In this document: positions 19,136 through 28,699 of the stretch, one piece after another | Position numbering within the stretch: the stretch's first letter is position 1 | How the letters are laid out: the number at the start of each line of letters is the position of its first letter | NCBI GenBank assembly: GCA_963835065.1 | Contig: CAWIEK010000006.1 | Span: 1 to 30,652 of the forward strand | Direction: 5' to 3' | Length of the DNA: 30,652 bases | Source: an uncultured Chthonomonadaceae bacterium | Lineage (GTDB): Bacteria > Armatimonadota > Chthonomonadetes > Chthonomonadales > Chthonomonadaceae | The notes under the pieces: generated by a model | Database searches by the model: none | Told to the model about the DNA's origin: nothing | Seen by the model: only the letters and a program-made list of their open reading frames with translations | Translations under genes and position numbers: made by a program

Positions 19136-20242
19136 ATGGACACAAACAACCCGCTCGAACCACAGCCCTTGCCGGAAAACAATCTCCCGCAAAGCGATCT
19201 CAACGCCACGCCCACGCTGCCTGCGTCTGCTCCCCCCTTGACGGCAACGGGGATGCCCGCTGCCGCGCCCTCCCTGAACGCGCAGGGCAACGGGCAAGCG
19301 CCCGCCACGCCTACTGCCGCCCCGCCCGCGCCGAACCTGCCCTACGATTCCGCGCTGCTGCCCGACGCGCCTTATGTGCGGGAACAAACGCCCGGACAAA
19401 CGGCAATGGCGAACGCGCCCATCAGCGACTTGCCCCTCCATGCGCCCGTGATGTTAAAGCCGGACGATCCCGCCGCCAATGACGCGGAAGTGGAAAAAAC
19501 CATTCGCCGCATGTCGCGCCGCAGTTTTCTGTGGGGCGCGGCGGGCATTGCGACCACTTACGGCTTGTGGCGCGGCATCAACATTCAGCGACAGGCAGAC
19601 GGGATTGGCTGGCCGTTCCGCCTCGCCCTGCAAGCCAACGAAAACCTCGCCCGCGATTACTTTGCCGCCACCCGCCTTGCCCCAACCTTCACCAACGCGC
19701 AAATTGGACGCCTCCCGGTGAACGGCACGTATGGCGCGGACCCGGACGATGATTTCGAGTCGGCGGATTGGAAACTGCATGTTGTCGGCCTGGAGGATGC
19801 GGGTGATGAAGAAGGCGGGCGCGCGATTACCCTTGCCGACATCAAGAAACTGCCGCGCACGGAAATGATTACCGAACTCAAGTGCATCGAAGGCTGGAGT
19901 TCCATTGTGCAGTGGGCCGGCGTTCGGCTTGCGGATTTCGTCGCTCACTACAAACCCGCCAAAATAGACGACGCCATGCCGCAGTATGTGGCGATGGAAA
20001 CCCCGGACAAGGGATATTATGTCGGGCTGGACATGGAAAGCGCGCTGCACCCGCAAACCCTGCTGTGCTACGAAATGAACGGCAAGCCGCTCACGTATGA
20101 ACACGGCGCTCCCTTGCGCCTCGTCATTCCCGTCAAATACGGCATCAAAAACATCAAGCGTATCGGCACGATCACCTTCACCAACGACCGTCCCAAAGAC
20201 TACTGGGCCGAGCAGGGCTACGACTGGTACGCCGGGCATTAA
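19136..20242 (+). CDS. Sulfite oxidase family molybdopterin oxidoreductase (MsrP/YedY-like)
   Basis: SRRSFL twin-Arg plus TM; KCIEGWS (Mo-ligand Cys); W.GV.L; ALHPQTLL.YEMNGKPL..HGAPLRLVIPVKYGIKNIKRI; YWAEQGY. Confidence 0.9.
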   Translation: MDTNNPLEPQPLPENNLPQSDLNATPTLPASAPPLTATGMPAAAPSLNAQGNGQAPATPTAAPPAPNLPYDSALLPDAPYVREQTPGQTAMANAPISDLPLHAPVMLKPDDPAANDAEVEKTIRRMSRRSFLWGAAGIATTYGLWRGINIQRQADGIGWPFRLALQANENLARDYFAATRLAPTFTNAQIGRLPVNGTYGADPDDDFESADWKLHVVGLEDAGDEEGGRAITLADIKKLPRTEMITELKCIEGWSSIVQWAGVRLADFVAHYKPAKIDDAMPQYVAMETPDKGYYVGLDMESALHPQTLLCYEMNGKPLTYEHGAPLRLVIPVKYGIKNIKRIGTITFTNDRPKDYWAEQGYDWYAGH

Positions 20243-20270
20243 AAACAGAGGGGGAGGAATCTCTTTGCCG

Positions 20271-21908
20271 TTAATCGCAGGACTCGCAGCCGTGCCGGAG
20301 GACATTTAACGCGCCTTTGGCGGTGGGAGCGATGACGGCGGTGATGTGGGTGTGCGGTTCCAGGTGGGTGTCGGCGAGGGGAACCCACTCGCGGCTGCCT
20401 TCGCGGCAACTGATGAGGATGCAGCCGGGCGGCAGGCCGAGTTCGCGCACCGATTTGCCCGCGAACGGCGCTCCCGGCTCCACTTCGATCTCAAAAATCA
20501 GGGGTTCTTTAGGGTCGGGAAGCGGGCCGCCGCGCAGCAGGTCGCGTTCCAGCAGGTTTTCGTAGATGGGCAGTTCGCCCAAGCCTTCGGCAACGGCATA
20601 CGCGCCGAAACACGCGACAAGCAGGGGCAGCATCTGCGCGTAATTGCCCGTCATTTCGATAATCAGCACAATGCCGGTCAGCGGGGCGCGGACGATGGCG
20701 GTAAAGTACGCGGCCATGCCGACAACCGCGAAACTGGCGGGCACGGGAACCAGATGCGGGAACCATTGCGCCGTCAGTTTGCCCACTCCAAGCCCGATCA
20801 ACGCGCCAAGCACGAGCAGGGGCGCGAAAATGCCGCCCGGAGCGCCCGTGCCATAACTTGCCATCGAGAGGACAAAGCGCGCGATAAACCAGAGCGGGAT
20901 AGCCCATAAGGCGGCGTTGCCGTCCAAAAACCTTTCGGCAAGGGTATGCCCGCCGCCCACGCTCAGGGGTTGAAACCATGCGGCCAGCCCGATGATTGCG
21001 CCCACAACACCGGCAGGCACAAGCCGGAAACGCTCCGGGACGCGGGAAAATAGATTGAGCGTGGCGATCAGGCTGCGGTTGTAGGCGACTCCCAACAGCC
21101 CGCACAGAACGCCGAGAATGGCAAATGCCGGCAGCGCGGCGAGAGCGGGCACGGGATAACTTGGAATTCCGAAGACGGGAACCTGCCCCGACGATAACCG
21201 GGCGACAATATCCGCTGTTGCCGCCGCCACAAACGCCGCCCCGAACACCGCCTGCCGAAAATCTTTCTGTACTTCTTCCAATACGAAAATCAGGCCGGCA
21301 AGCGGGGCGTTGAAGGCGGCGGCAAGTCCCGCGCCCGCGCCCGCCGCCATCAGCGTCAGCCGATCCCGCGTACTCATCTTCATCCAGCCAGCCACCGCCG
21401 CCCCGACTGCCCCACCCATCTGCACAGTCGGGCCTTCCCGTCCCAACGCCAGCCCGCTCCCCAGTGCCAGCGCGCCGCCGAAGAACTTCACGGGCAACAC
21501 GCGCTTCCAGTTTAGTTCGCGCAAGCGGTGCAGGACGGCTTCCAGATGCGGGATGCCACTGCCCGACGCTTCCGGCGCGTACCGGCGCACCAGGTAAACC
21601 GAAGCCGTTGCGCCTGTCATGCCGAACAGAATGGGCAGCAGCCAGCCGACAGCATGCCAATGATGCGCCCACGCGAGCATCGCATTGCGCAGTTTATCGC
21701 CTGCGTCTAAAATGGCGCGAAACGCAACCGCCAGCAGCCCGGCAAGCAGGCCCACAAGGGCGGCGCGGGGAAACAAGCGACGGCGCTGCTGCCGCACATT
21801 CAGATACTCCTGAATCTCGGAGCGAACCTGCGCGGAAGCCGCTTCCACTTCCGGTACGGTTTGATTTATTTCCGACGCTGTTTGCGTGGTGTCGTTTGTT
21901 GGTTTCAT
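20271..21908 (-). CDS. clcA: ClC H+/Cl- antiporter with C-terminal TrkA-C (RCK_C) domain
   Basis: GSGIP, GREGPTVQ (gating Glu), FVLEE, GIFAP, IYE motifs; GKSVRELGLPPGCILISCR tail. Confidence 0.92.
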   Translation of the reverse strand: MKPTNDTTQTASEINQTVPEVEAASAQVRSEIQEYLNVRQQRRRLFPRAALVGLLAGLLAVAFRAILDAGDKLRNAMLAWAHHWHAVGWLLPILFGMTGATASVYLVRRYAPEASGSGIPHLEAVLHRLRELNWKRVLPVKFFGGALALGSGLALGREGPTVQMGGAVGAAVAGWMKMSTRDRLTLMAAGAGAGLAAAFNAPLAGLIFVLEEVQKDFRQAVFGAAFVAAATADIVARLSSGQVPVFGIPSYPVPALAALPAFAILGVLCGLLGVAYNRSLIATLNLFSRVPERFRLVPAGVVGAIIGLAAWFQPLSVGGGHTLAERFLDGNAALWAIPLWFIARFVLSMASYGTGAPGGIFAPLLVLGALIGLGVGKLTAQWFPHLVPVPASFAVVGMAAYFTAIVRAPLTGIVLIIEMTGNYAQMLPLLVACFGAYAVAEGLGELPIYENLLERDLLRGGPLPDPKEPLIFEIEVEPGAPFAGKSVRELGLPPGCILISCREGSREWVPLADTHLEPHTHITAVIAPTAKGALNVLRHGCESCD

Positions 21909-23299
21909 CGGGCTGCGTTTCTACCGGGAGCGGCATAGTCGGAATCGGCGGGCGCGGGCGGCATGGCGTTCCCGAAAGCGCCATTGGACAGGGCGGAAAG
22001 CGCTTCCGGCATGTTCTGAATAATCACGGTTTGTATGTCGGTGGGCATGGAAATGTGTTCGCGGTCAAAGGCTTCCTTCACGCGCCGCATACACCGGCTG
22101 CCGACGCGCAGATAATCGGCGCGTTGTGAACTGGCGTAAAAGCGGATGCGCAGGTTTACGGTGGAAGCCGCGAGTTCATCAATCAGCACATCGGGCGGCG
22201 GGTCTTCCGAAACTCCCTCCGTACTCCGAACCGTTTCCATCGCCACTTCCTGCGCCCTGTCTATATCCGCCTCATAGCCGATGCCGATTACAAACTCGCG
22301 GCGGCGGTGCGGGCTGGCCGTGTTGGACGTGACAATGGAAGTGAACACGTCGCCATTGGGGATGATAACGAGGCGGTTGTCATACGTGCGTAAATATAAG
22401 GCGCGGAGTTCGATGCGCTCCACCGTTCCCTCAAACTCTTTCACGACGATTTGATCGCCGATGTGAAACTGCCGACCCATCAGCAGCATGAACCCGGCAA
22501 AAAAGTGGGAAAGAATGTCTTTGAACGCGAAGCCAAGCACGAATCCCGAAATGCCTAATGTGGTCGCAATGCTGCCGCTTTCCAGGCCGAGCGTAGACAG
22601 AATGGCTAACATCCCCACTGTCCAGGTTCCGTAAAACGCAAGGGCGATAAAAAGCTGCCGCAGATTGGCATCAAATCTCGCGTGAGAAATGAGGAACTTC
22701 GCTATGCGTTTGTTCAGGCGGGCCAGCGCCCAAAAGATGAGCGTCAGCACAACGGCCCCGGCAAAATGGGGAATCCAGCGCAGCACGGAAACGAGCAGAT
22801 CGGAAAACGAGTTGCGAATGAGAATGCCCGCGCCGGTCAGCGGGTTGCGGTGCGCGGTACGAGCGTCAATGACCGCGCCTGACATTTTTTCGCCCCAGCG
22901 CTGCGCCAAATCCTGCCGGGTGGCAAGAGCATCTTGGGCGTCGGCGTCGGTCACGGTCATAATGGTATCGCCGCCGATTTGAATGATCGTCTGGTTGTCC
23001 TTATCCTGCAAATCCTGCGGCGAAAACGCCGGCACATCGTTGGTGCGCAAAATCAGGTTAACCAGCCGGCGGTGTATCTTGTCGGCGCGTTCCGTAGCGG
23101 ACAGTCCACTGCCCGCCAACACGTCAAACAGCTTGCGATTATCAAGTTTCACGGGCGCATACGCGCTGGCGGGCGGCGTGGCAGTGGCGTCCGCCGCCGT
23201 TCCTCCCGGCGTTTGCGCCCAAACATTCGGAGAAAAGGCAAACCCAATCAGAATGAACGCGAACAAAGCGATCATCGAAAATTTTCTTACAGACAGCAT
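21905..23299 (-). CDS. MscS family mechanosensitive channel with N-terminal periplasmic domain
   Basis: GFVLGFAFKDILSHFFAG, FHIGDQI..EGTVERIELRA..RTYDNRLVIIPN; signal peptide; ATG 23299 after GAAGGA; stop overlaps clcA start (ATGA). Confidence 0.92.
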   Translation of the reverse strand: MLSVRKFSMIALFAFILIGFAFSPNVWAQTPGGTAADATATPPASAYAPVKLDNRKLFDVLAGSGLSATERADKIHRRLVNLILRTNDVPAFSPQDLQDKDNQTIIQIGGDTIMTVTDADAQDALATRQDLAQRWGEKMSGAVIDARTAHRNPLTGAGILIRNSFSDLLVSVLRWIPHFAGAVVLTLIFWALARLNKRIAKFLISHARFDANLRQLFIALAFYGTWTVGMLAILSTLGLESGSIATTLGISGFVLGFAFKDILSHFFAGFMLLMGRQFHIGDQIVVKEFEGTVERIELRALYLRTYDNRLVIIPNGDVFTSIVTSNTASPHRRREFVIGIGYEADIDRAQEVAMETVRSTEGVSEDPPPDVLIDELAASTVNLRIRFYASSQRADYLRVGSRCMRRVKEAFDREHISMPTDIQTVIIQNMPEALSALSNGAFGNAMPPAPADSDYAAPGRNAAR

Positions 23300-23351
23300 G
23301 GTACATCCTTCGTTGAAAAGCGCAAAGGAGCGTCCCTGCCATAAATACGCC

Positions 23352-23389
23352 AGGAGCGTTCCTGCCATTGATACGTCAGGAACGCTCCT
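23352..23389. terminator. 13-bp stem hairpin between the aldo/keto reductase and mscS genes
   Basis: aggagcgttcctg-N12-caggaacgctcct; a variant arm copy sits at ~23326-23342; no clear U-tract on the coding strand. Confidence 0.4.
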
Positions 23390-23426
23390 TATGTTTCTAT
23401 GCGCTTTGCTGCTGTCCACTCAGGCG

Positions 23427-24497
23427 CTATCCAAGCCATGCCGGGTTTTTGGCCGTGCTGTCGAAGTGGTTGGTTGTTTTGAACAACTCGAACGCGCCAC
23501 TGGACGCCGCGAGTTTGGTGCGATTCAGCAGGCCGGCAATCTCGCTTTGCGTCAGGGGCTTGAACGTTCGCGTCGCTTCAAACGCCTGATCCAGTATCTT
23601 CATGCTGTCAATGCCCGTAATCACGACGGACGTGGGCACGGTCATGGAATAGTGCAGCATTTCGATGGGCGTGGCCGCATTCGTTTGCAGCGCGTTGTCC
23701 AGTATAAAATGGTCGCCGAACGTTTTCATGCCTAATACGCCGATCTGCTGCTTGACCAGTTCCGGCATCACTTTATGGGTGAAGCTGCGGAAATGCGCGT
23801 CCATCACGTTCACGGGCATTTGTACGGTATCAAAGTGAAAGTCGTGCTTTTGCGCCGTTTCCAGCATCCGCAAATGGACAAGCGGGTCCTTATGCCCTGT
23901 AAAGCCGATGTAACGGACTTTGCCCGCTTTTTTCGCGTCTAGAATGGCTTCCAGCGCGCCGCCGGGAGCAAAAATGCGATCCGGGTCTTCCATGCGAATG
24001 ATTTCATGGAACTGCACCAGATCAAGGTGGTCGGTTTGCAGGCGTTTCAGGGATTGCTCAAGCTGCTCATTGGCTGAGGCTTTGGTGCGCCCGTCCAGTT
24101 TGGTAATCAGGAACACTTTGGAGCGGTAGCCATCCAGCAGCGCTTTGCCCATGCGCTCCTCGCTTTTGCCCTCATTGTAGTCCCAACTGTTGTCCATAAA
24201 CGTGATGCCGCGATCTATGGCGCTGCGTATCAGCGTAATACTTTCCTGCTCGTCGGCCTGCTTGCCGATGTGAAACCCGCCCAGGCCAATCAGGGACACC
24301 TGTTCGCCCGTGCGCCCCAATGTCCGGTACAGCATATCACCCTTGCGCGTTGTCGCCGGCGTTTTGAAGGAAGTCAAAGGCGCGGCGGTATCCGCAATAG
24401 TGACCTGCTGCGCTTCCGCCTCCGAACCGACTGCCAATCCTCCCGCGATACCTGCCATAACCACGCTCTCCTTAATAAAATCTCGCCTGCTTTGCAT
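23427..24497 (-). CDS. Aldo/keto reductase with Tat signal peptide
   Basis: SRRDFIK..AEA signal; YRTLGRTG..VSLIGLGG, GITFMDNSWDY, SLKRLQTDHLDLVQFHE, GKVRYIGFTGH. Confidence 0.93.
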   Translation of the reverse strand: MQSRRDFIKESVVMAGIAGGLAVGSEAEAQQVTIADTAAPLTSFKTPATTRKGDMLYRTLGRTGEQVSLIGLGGFHIGKQADEQESITLIRSAIDRGITFMDNSWDYNEGKSEERMGKALLDGYRSKVFLITKLDGRTKASANEQLEQSLKRLQTDHLDLVQFHEIIRMEDPDRIFAPGGALEAILDAKKAGKVRYIGFTGHKDPLVHLRMLETAQKHDFHFDTVQMPVNVMDAHFRSFTHKVMPELVKQQIGVLGMKTFGDHFILDNALQTNAATPIEMLHYSMTVPTSVVITGIDSMKILDQAFEATRTFKPLTQSEIAGLLNRTKLAASSGAFELFKTTNHFDSTAKNPAWLG

Positions 24498-24640
24498 TGT
24501 CTTGTTCCTTCACTCCCTGCTAAATTGGTTCTATCAGATCGAATGTCCCTGCGAAAAGTTCCCGTAAACATCAACATCGGATGATATAACGGCTGCCGTT
24601 GAAGCAAATGTCAGGTGTTTTTCAACTTGGGAAATTGTTA

Positions 24641-24693
24641 GTGCCGGGTACTTTCAGTGCCCGGCACTCATGCGAGGATTTTCAATCCCCGGC
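24641..24693. repeat. Two adjacent REP-like palindromes
   Basis: gtgccgggtactttcagtgcccggcac (24641-24667) and cgaggattttcaatccccgg (24673-24692; reverse complement matches the 6287/10613 family). Confidence 0.6.
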
Positions 24694-24868
24694 GAACCCA
24701 AAAGAAGGAAAGGCGCAGCCACGCAAGGAAATAACATCCACGTTATGACTATGCAGAAACAGTCGTATTGAAGTGTGATGTTCTCTCAATGAAGACAACT
24801 CGGCGGACGATACATTTTTGTAAAAATTCATACCGACACCGCCAGCAGAAGAGCGCGAGGAGAAACCC

Positions 24869-27145
24869 ATGTTGACAGACACCGAAAACCCTGTTTTGCG
24901 CGTACAGCCTGCTTCCGTTCCCGACGAGCGCCGATTTCAAGGCGGGCTGCCGCCGGAAGCCTGGTTTCAAATGGGGCCGGATCAGCATGGCATCCGCCGC
25001 AGCCGTCCTTACTTCCTCGTGCCTTTGTTCGGCACGAAGTTCGGGCAGAAGTTCGGGACGGCGGGAAGCCAGAGCGGGCAAACGCCCAATCAAACAACCG
25101 TTTCCGAAGCGACGGGAACCCCCTATCTGGCAGCGCGGCAGGAAGTGAAGCAGCGCATTTCCGGGTACATACAAGCCCAAAGCCAATTCCCACCCTCCAC
25201 CGGGCAAGGCCCGATAACCGATGTTTTTATCCTCAGTCACGGCTGGCATCGCAACTTTTATGCGGGTATTGCCGCGTATGATCGCCTGTACAGCCGCCTT
25301 GCTCTGCTGATTGGGGATGGCCGCATTCCACTGCCTGCCAAAATGCCGTTCAGCCCGCTGTTTATTACCCTGCACTGGCACTCCGACCCCGGCGCGGATA
25401 CGTGGGTAGACAAGTCGGGCCGGCGTCACAAAGCGAGCTTCATGCAGGCGGCAGCAGACCTGTTTACGCTGGAAGACAGCGCGGCGAAACAGTACAAGGC
25501 TGAACTGGCTGCAATGTCGGCTGCGCCTGCCGGAAAGTTTGCGGGCTACGCGCCCAAAGAACTGGATTTTGTCCGCGACTTTGAGCAGATATTCCAGTAT
25601 TTCTCCGAACTCTCCGCCCCGGACCGCCTCCACACTTGGGACGCCAAGACGACGCAAAACGCCGACTATCTGACCAAGATGGCGGAAGATTTGTACCGGG
25701 TGTTGGGCTATTACACGCTCAAGGAAGAGTGCCGCGCCCTGCCCGAAGACAAGGTGGTTGTGGCGTGGCGGTGCTATCACGAGGCGGATAGTCGCGGTGT
25801 TCAGGTGGACGCCGAGACGCCGGGTCCCGCCGGTCCCGCCCGCTCCCTGAAGGGCTGGGAATCTTTTGTGTCCGTAGTACGCTTTGCCACCGCGGTACTG
25901 GGGCCATTGGCGCTCCTGGGAGGTATCGGCAGACCGATTACAACGTGGATTTTACAGCACAAACTGCAAAGCGCGGCGGTGTTTCTGATTCTCATCGGCG
26001 TGTCGGCCTGGGTGCTGGAAGCCAACGTTCAGCGGCGGCGTAACTGGAAACTGGCGCATCAGCAACGCGACAAACCGCAGTCCGGTATGCCGATTGCCCG
26101 CCTGCTGGCGTATGCCGTGCTGCAGATCGTCTGTATTCTGCCGCTGGTTCTGCGCTGCCTTGTCGGCTACGTGATGAGCGCGTTTCTAGGGCAATACGTC
26201 TTTCCGCTGTACGACGAGCGCACGGAAAACTATACGCTTCCCTGGTCGGTAAAATTTGCGCGCTACCCGGTGCGCCAGTTGCAGCAGGCTGTCGGTCCCG
26301 ACAGCAGCGTTCTAACGCTTGTGGAAGGGCTGGATTCGCAGGTTGCCTTTTGGGAAATGCAGCACAAGGGAGTGTGGGCGGGGCATCAGGCGGCGGCGTT
26401 TTTGAACGAGCTAATGGAGGAAAACCCAACGCTGTTTCCCGCAGATGGTAACGGCGCGCGCATCCATACGATAGGCCATAGCTTCGGCGCTCTCGTGGTG
26501 CTGAACCTGGCGCGTAAACTGACCGAACTGCGCAAAGGCCGGAACACGCATATCAAATCGCTGTGCCTGCTGGAAGGCGCGGTTGCCAGCGGGTGGTTCG
26601 ACGCCGAACCACAACTTGTGGACAGCATCACCAACCAGAACCGGGGCGTGATTACCTCGATCTTTTCCCGCTATGATACCGCCAACGGCTACATCTATCC
26701 CCTTGTCAATCAGGCGCGAATGGCGCTCGGCAGCGTCGGCATGGCGCGTATCGGAACGGCCAAAAAGGGCGCGGCAGGCCATAACAGTATTGCCGCATCA
26801 AATACTATTGCCGCGCCTAATAGCATTGCCACGCAAAATACGAATGTGGGAGTAAACACCGCAGCCGTGCAAAACAGCATCGCCGGGGCCAGCGGCTACA
26901 ACCTGCCGCCGGAATGGCCGGTATGGCGCAATGGGTTTGCCTCCCTGGTGACGCCGCCCGACCTTGATGTAACCGCGCCCTGTATGCTCAACATTGACGC
27001 CAGCCGCCTGATCTACTTCGGCGCTCCCGCTCTGGGCGGCGGGCACGACGACATTTTCAAAGACGATGTGCTGCACCTGCTCTGGGCCGTCAGCCACGTT
27101 CCCGCCCGCCTGCAATACGCCGCGCAGCCACAGGCAGAGGGATGA
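24869..27145 (+). CDS. Alpha/beta-hydrolase-fold protein with an internal multi-TM insertion
   Basis: VFILSHGW (oxyanion region), TLHWHS, nucleophile elbow HTIGHSFGA, LCLLEGAV, SRYDTA, GGGHDDIF; 3-4 hydrophobic helices mid-protein; GAGGAG RBS. Confidence 0.78.
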   Translation: MLTDTENPVLRVQPASVPDERRFQGGLPPEAWFQMGPDQHGIRRSRPYFLVPLFGTKFGQKFGTAGSQSGQTPNQTTVSEATGTPYLAARQEVKQRISGYIQAQSQFPPSTGQGPITDVFILSHGWHRNFYAGIAAYDRLYSRLALLIGDGRIPLPAKMPFSPLFITLHWHSDPGADTWVDKSGRRHKASFMQAAADLFTLEDSAAKQYKAELAAMSAAPAGKFAGYAPKELDFVRDFEQIFQYFSELSAPDRLHTWDAKTTQNADYLTKMAEDLYRVLGYYTLKEECRALPEDKVVVAWRCYHEADSRGVQVDAETPGPAGPARSLKGWESFVSVVRFATAVLGPLALLGGIGRPITTWILQHKLQSAAVFLILIGVSAWVLEANVQRRRNWKLAHQQRDKPQSGMPIARLLAYAVLQIVCILPLVLRCLVGYVMSAFLGQYVFPLYDERTENYTLPWSVKFARYPVRQLQQAVGPDSSVLTLVEGLDSQVAFWEMQHKGVWAGHQAAAFLNELMEENPTLFPADGNGARIHTIGHSFGALVVLNLARKLTELRKGRNTHIKSLCLLEGAVASGWFDAEPQLVDSITNQNRGVITSIFSRYDTANGYIYPLVNQARMALGSVGMARIGTAKKGAAGHNSIAASNTIAAPNSIATQNTNVGVNTAAVQNSIAGASGYNLPPEWPVWRNGFASLVTPPDLDVTAPCMLNIDASRLIYFGAPALGGGHDDIFKDDVLHLLWAVSHVPARLQYAAQPQAEG

Positions 27146-27252
27146 GGAGAGGGGGAGAGGGAGAGGGAACAGGGAACAGCAGGAACCCAATCGGCAATCG
27201 ACAATCCACAATCGGCAATGAATTCATCCTTCATCCTTCATCCTTCATCCTT
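27146..27252. repeat. Three different heptamer arrays filling a convergent intergenic gap
   Basis: GAGAGGG/GGGAACA units 27146-27179; CAATCGG/CAATCGA/CAATCCA units 27188-27219; (TTCATCC)x4 27223-27250. Confidence 0.85.
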
Positions 27253-27254
27253 GC

Positions 27255-27833
27255 CTACGGCGTGTTGGCGGCGCGAACGGGAGCGTCGGCGCGGGCTAAT
27301 TGTTGGGTGAAGAAGGCGGCGCGTTCGGGGGCGATGGCGGCCAGCACTTCACCGACTTTTTTCTCGTCCATGCGGCGCATCAAGGCGACAGTCTGCGGAT
27401 CGGGCATTTTGGCAAAGATTTTTATCACGCTGTCCGCCGGCATCTGCTCATAAATGGAAGCCAGCCGCGCCACTTCTTTGGGATCAAGGGACGGGGCCGT
27501 GGTTTCCTGTTTGGCTTTGTCGGCTTTGGCTTTGGCTTCCGTGTTGGCCTGCGCCTGCTTTTGCGCTTCCCAATCCGCGCGCTCCTTGTCCAGCGACGCG
27601 CGCTGCGCTTGCAACGCCTGCTGTTCCGGCGAAATCGTGGGCGCAGCGGGCGCGGGCTTTATCTCCGGCGCTTTGTACAACCCCAACGGCTTCAAGACGC
27701 GGGCCAAAGCGGGGTTTTTCTCCCCCATCTTCTGCGCCGGGATTATCTGCGCCTTCGCCAATCCAAACCCAATCCCAAGCGCCAGCGCCAGCGGCACAAC
27801 GGTCAACAAAACGATTTTTAAGCCTTTGGGCAT
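27255..27833 (-). CDS. MotE/FlbB-like flagellar protein (TM, coiled coil, MgtE_N-like domain)
   Basis: N-terminal TM; coiled coil; RLASIYEQMPADS..IFAKM...LMRRMDEKKVGEVLAAIAPERAA; flagellar operon context. Confidence 0.78.
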   Translation of the reverse strand: MPKGLKIVLLTVVPLALALGIGFGLAKAQIIPAQKMGEKNPALARVLKPLGLYKAPEIKPAPAAPTISPEQQALQAQRASLDKERADWEAQKQAQANTEAKAKADKAKQETTAPSLDPKEVARLASIYEQMPADSVIKIFAKMPDPQTVALMRRMDEKKVGEVLAAIAPERAAFFTQQLARADAPVRAANTP

Positions 27834-27845
27834 TGAAGTCTCCAG

Positions 27846-27971
27846 AAGTAGTCAGAAGTGAGTAGTCAGTAGTCAGTAGAGGAACCCATTCTTGCAAGCT
27901 GGTTCCATAGCACAACGCCATGAGTAAACAGGCATTTCTACTGACTACTGACTACTCACTTCTGACTACTT
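27846..27971. repeat. Perfect 35-bp inverted repeat built of AGTAGTC heptamers, 56-bp loop
   Basis: aagtagtcagaagtgagtagtcagtagtcagtaga (27846-27880) is the exact reverse complement of 27937-27971. Confidence 0.92.
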
Positions 27972-28583
27972 TCCTACCATTCCCATGATCCGCTTCACAT
28001 AATTCTGCGTTTCTTTGTAGGGGGGGATGCCACCGTACTTTTTCACCGCGCCCGAACCGGCGTTGTAAGCGGCGAGGGCGAGAGGCGTGTCGCCTTTATA
28101 TTGTTTAAGCAGGCCGGCCAGCAGGCGCGTCCCTGCCGCGATATTTTGTTCCGGGTCGAAGGCATCGGTGACGCCTAATTCCTGTATCTCTTCGGGCATC
28201 AACTGCATCAGTCCCTGCGCGCCGGCGTGGGAAACGTCGCGGGGATTGCCGTCCGACTCCTGCCGAATCACGGCGCGTACCAGTTCGGGCGGAAGGCCGT
28301 TTTGCCCGGCGTGTTTGGCAATCAGCGATTCGATGTAGGGCGCGAAGGGCGGGCCGCCATTGCCCGTCGGCTGCAACTGGACGCTGCCCGTCGCCTGCGC
28401 CAGCGTGAGATTGAACGGCTGCTGCGTCGCGCCCGTTCCAGATGCAGGCGTTAGCCCCGGCAAACCCTTCCCGGCAGCAGGCGAAGCAACCGCAGGCAGC
28501 ATCGCAGGCGGTTCCGGTTCCGCAAACATGTTCAACCGCGATTGTATCTCCTGAACGCGCGCCATCGCCAACTCATAACTCAT
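27966..28583 (-). CDS. Lytic transglycosylase (SLT domain), flagellar operon-associated
   Basis: AVIRQES (catalytic Glu), GAQGLMQLMP, DPEQNI.AG, ALAAYNAG, PPYKETQNYV. Confidence 0.93.
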   Translation of the reverse strand: MSYELAMARVQEIQSRLNMFAEPEPPAMLPAVASPAAGKGLPGLTPASGTGATQQPFNLTLAQATGSVQLQPTGNGGPPFAPYIESLIAKHAGQNGLPPELVRAVIRQESDGNPRDVSHAGAQGLMQLMPEEIQELGVTDAFDPEQNIAAGTRLLAGLLKQYKGDTPLALAAYNAGSGAVKKYGGIPPYKETQNYVKRIMGMVGK

Positions 28584-28665
28584 CGTTCCTACTCCTTATG
28601 CGCAGGGCGCAACAAAATGAATTTCTTTGCTGTAGGGCGTTCCGCCAAGTGTCTGCCTGCGCGGA

Positions 28666-28699
28666 CACCAACCACGAACCACGAACCACCAGCCAGCAA
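28666..28699. repeat. Heptamer array (CACGAAC-like) x ~5 abutting the fliJ stop
   Basis: caccaac cacgaac cacgaac caccagc cagcaa. Confidence 0.75.
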
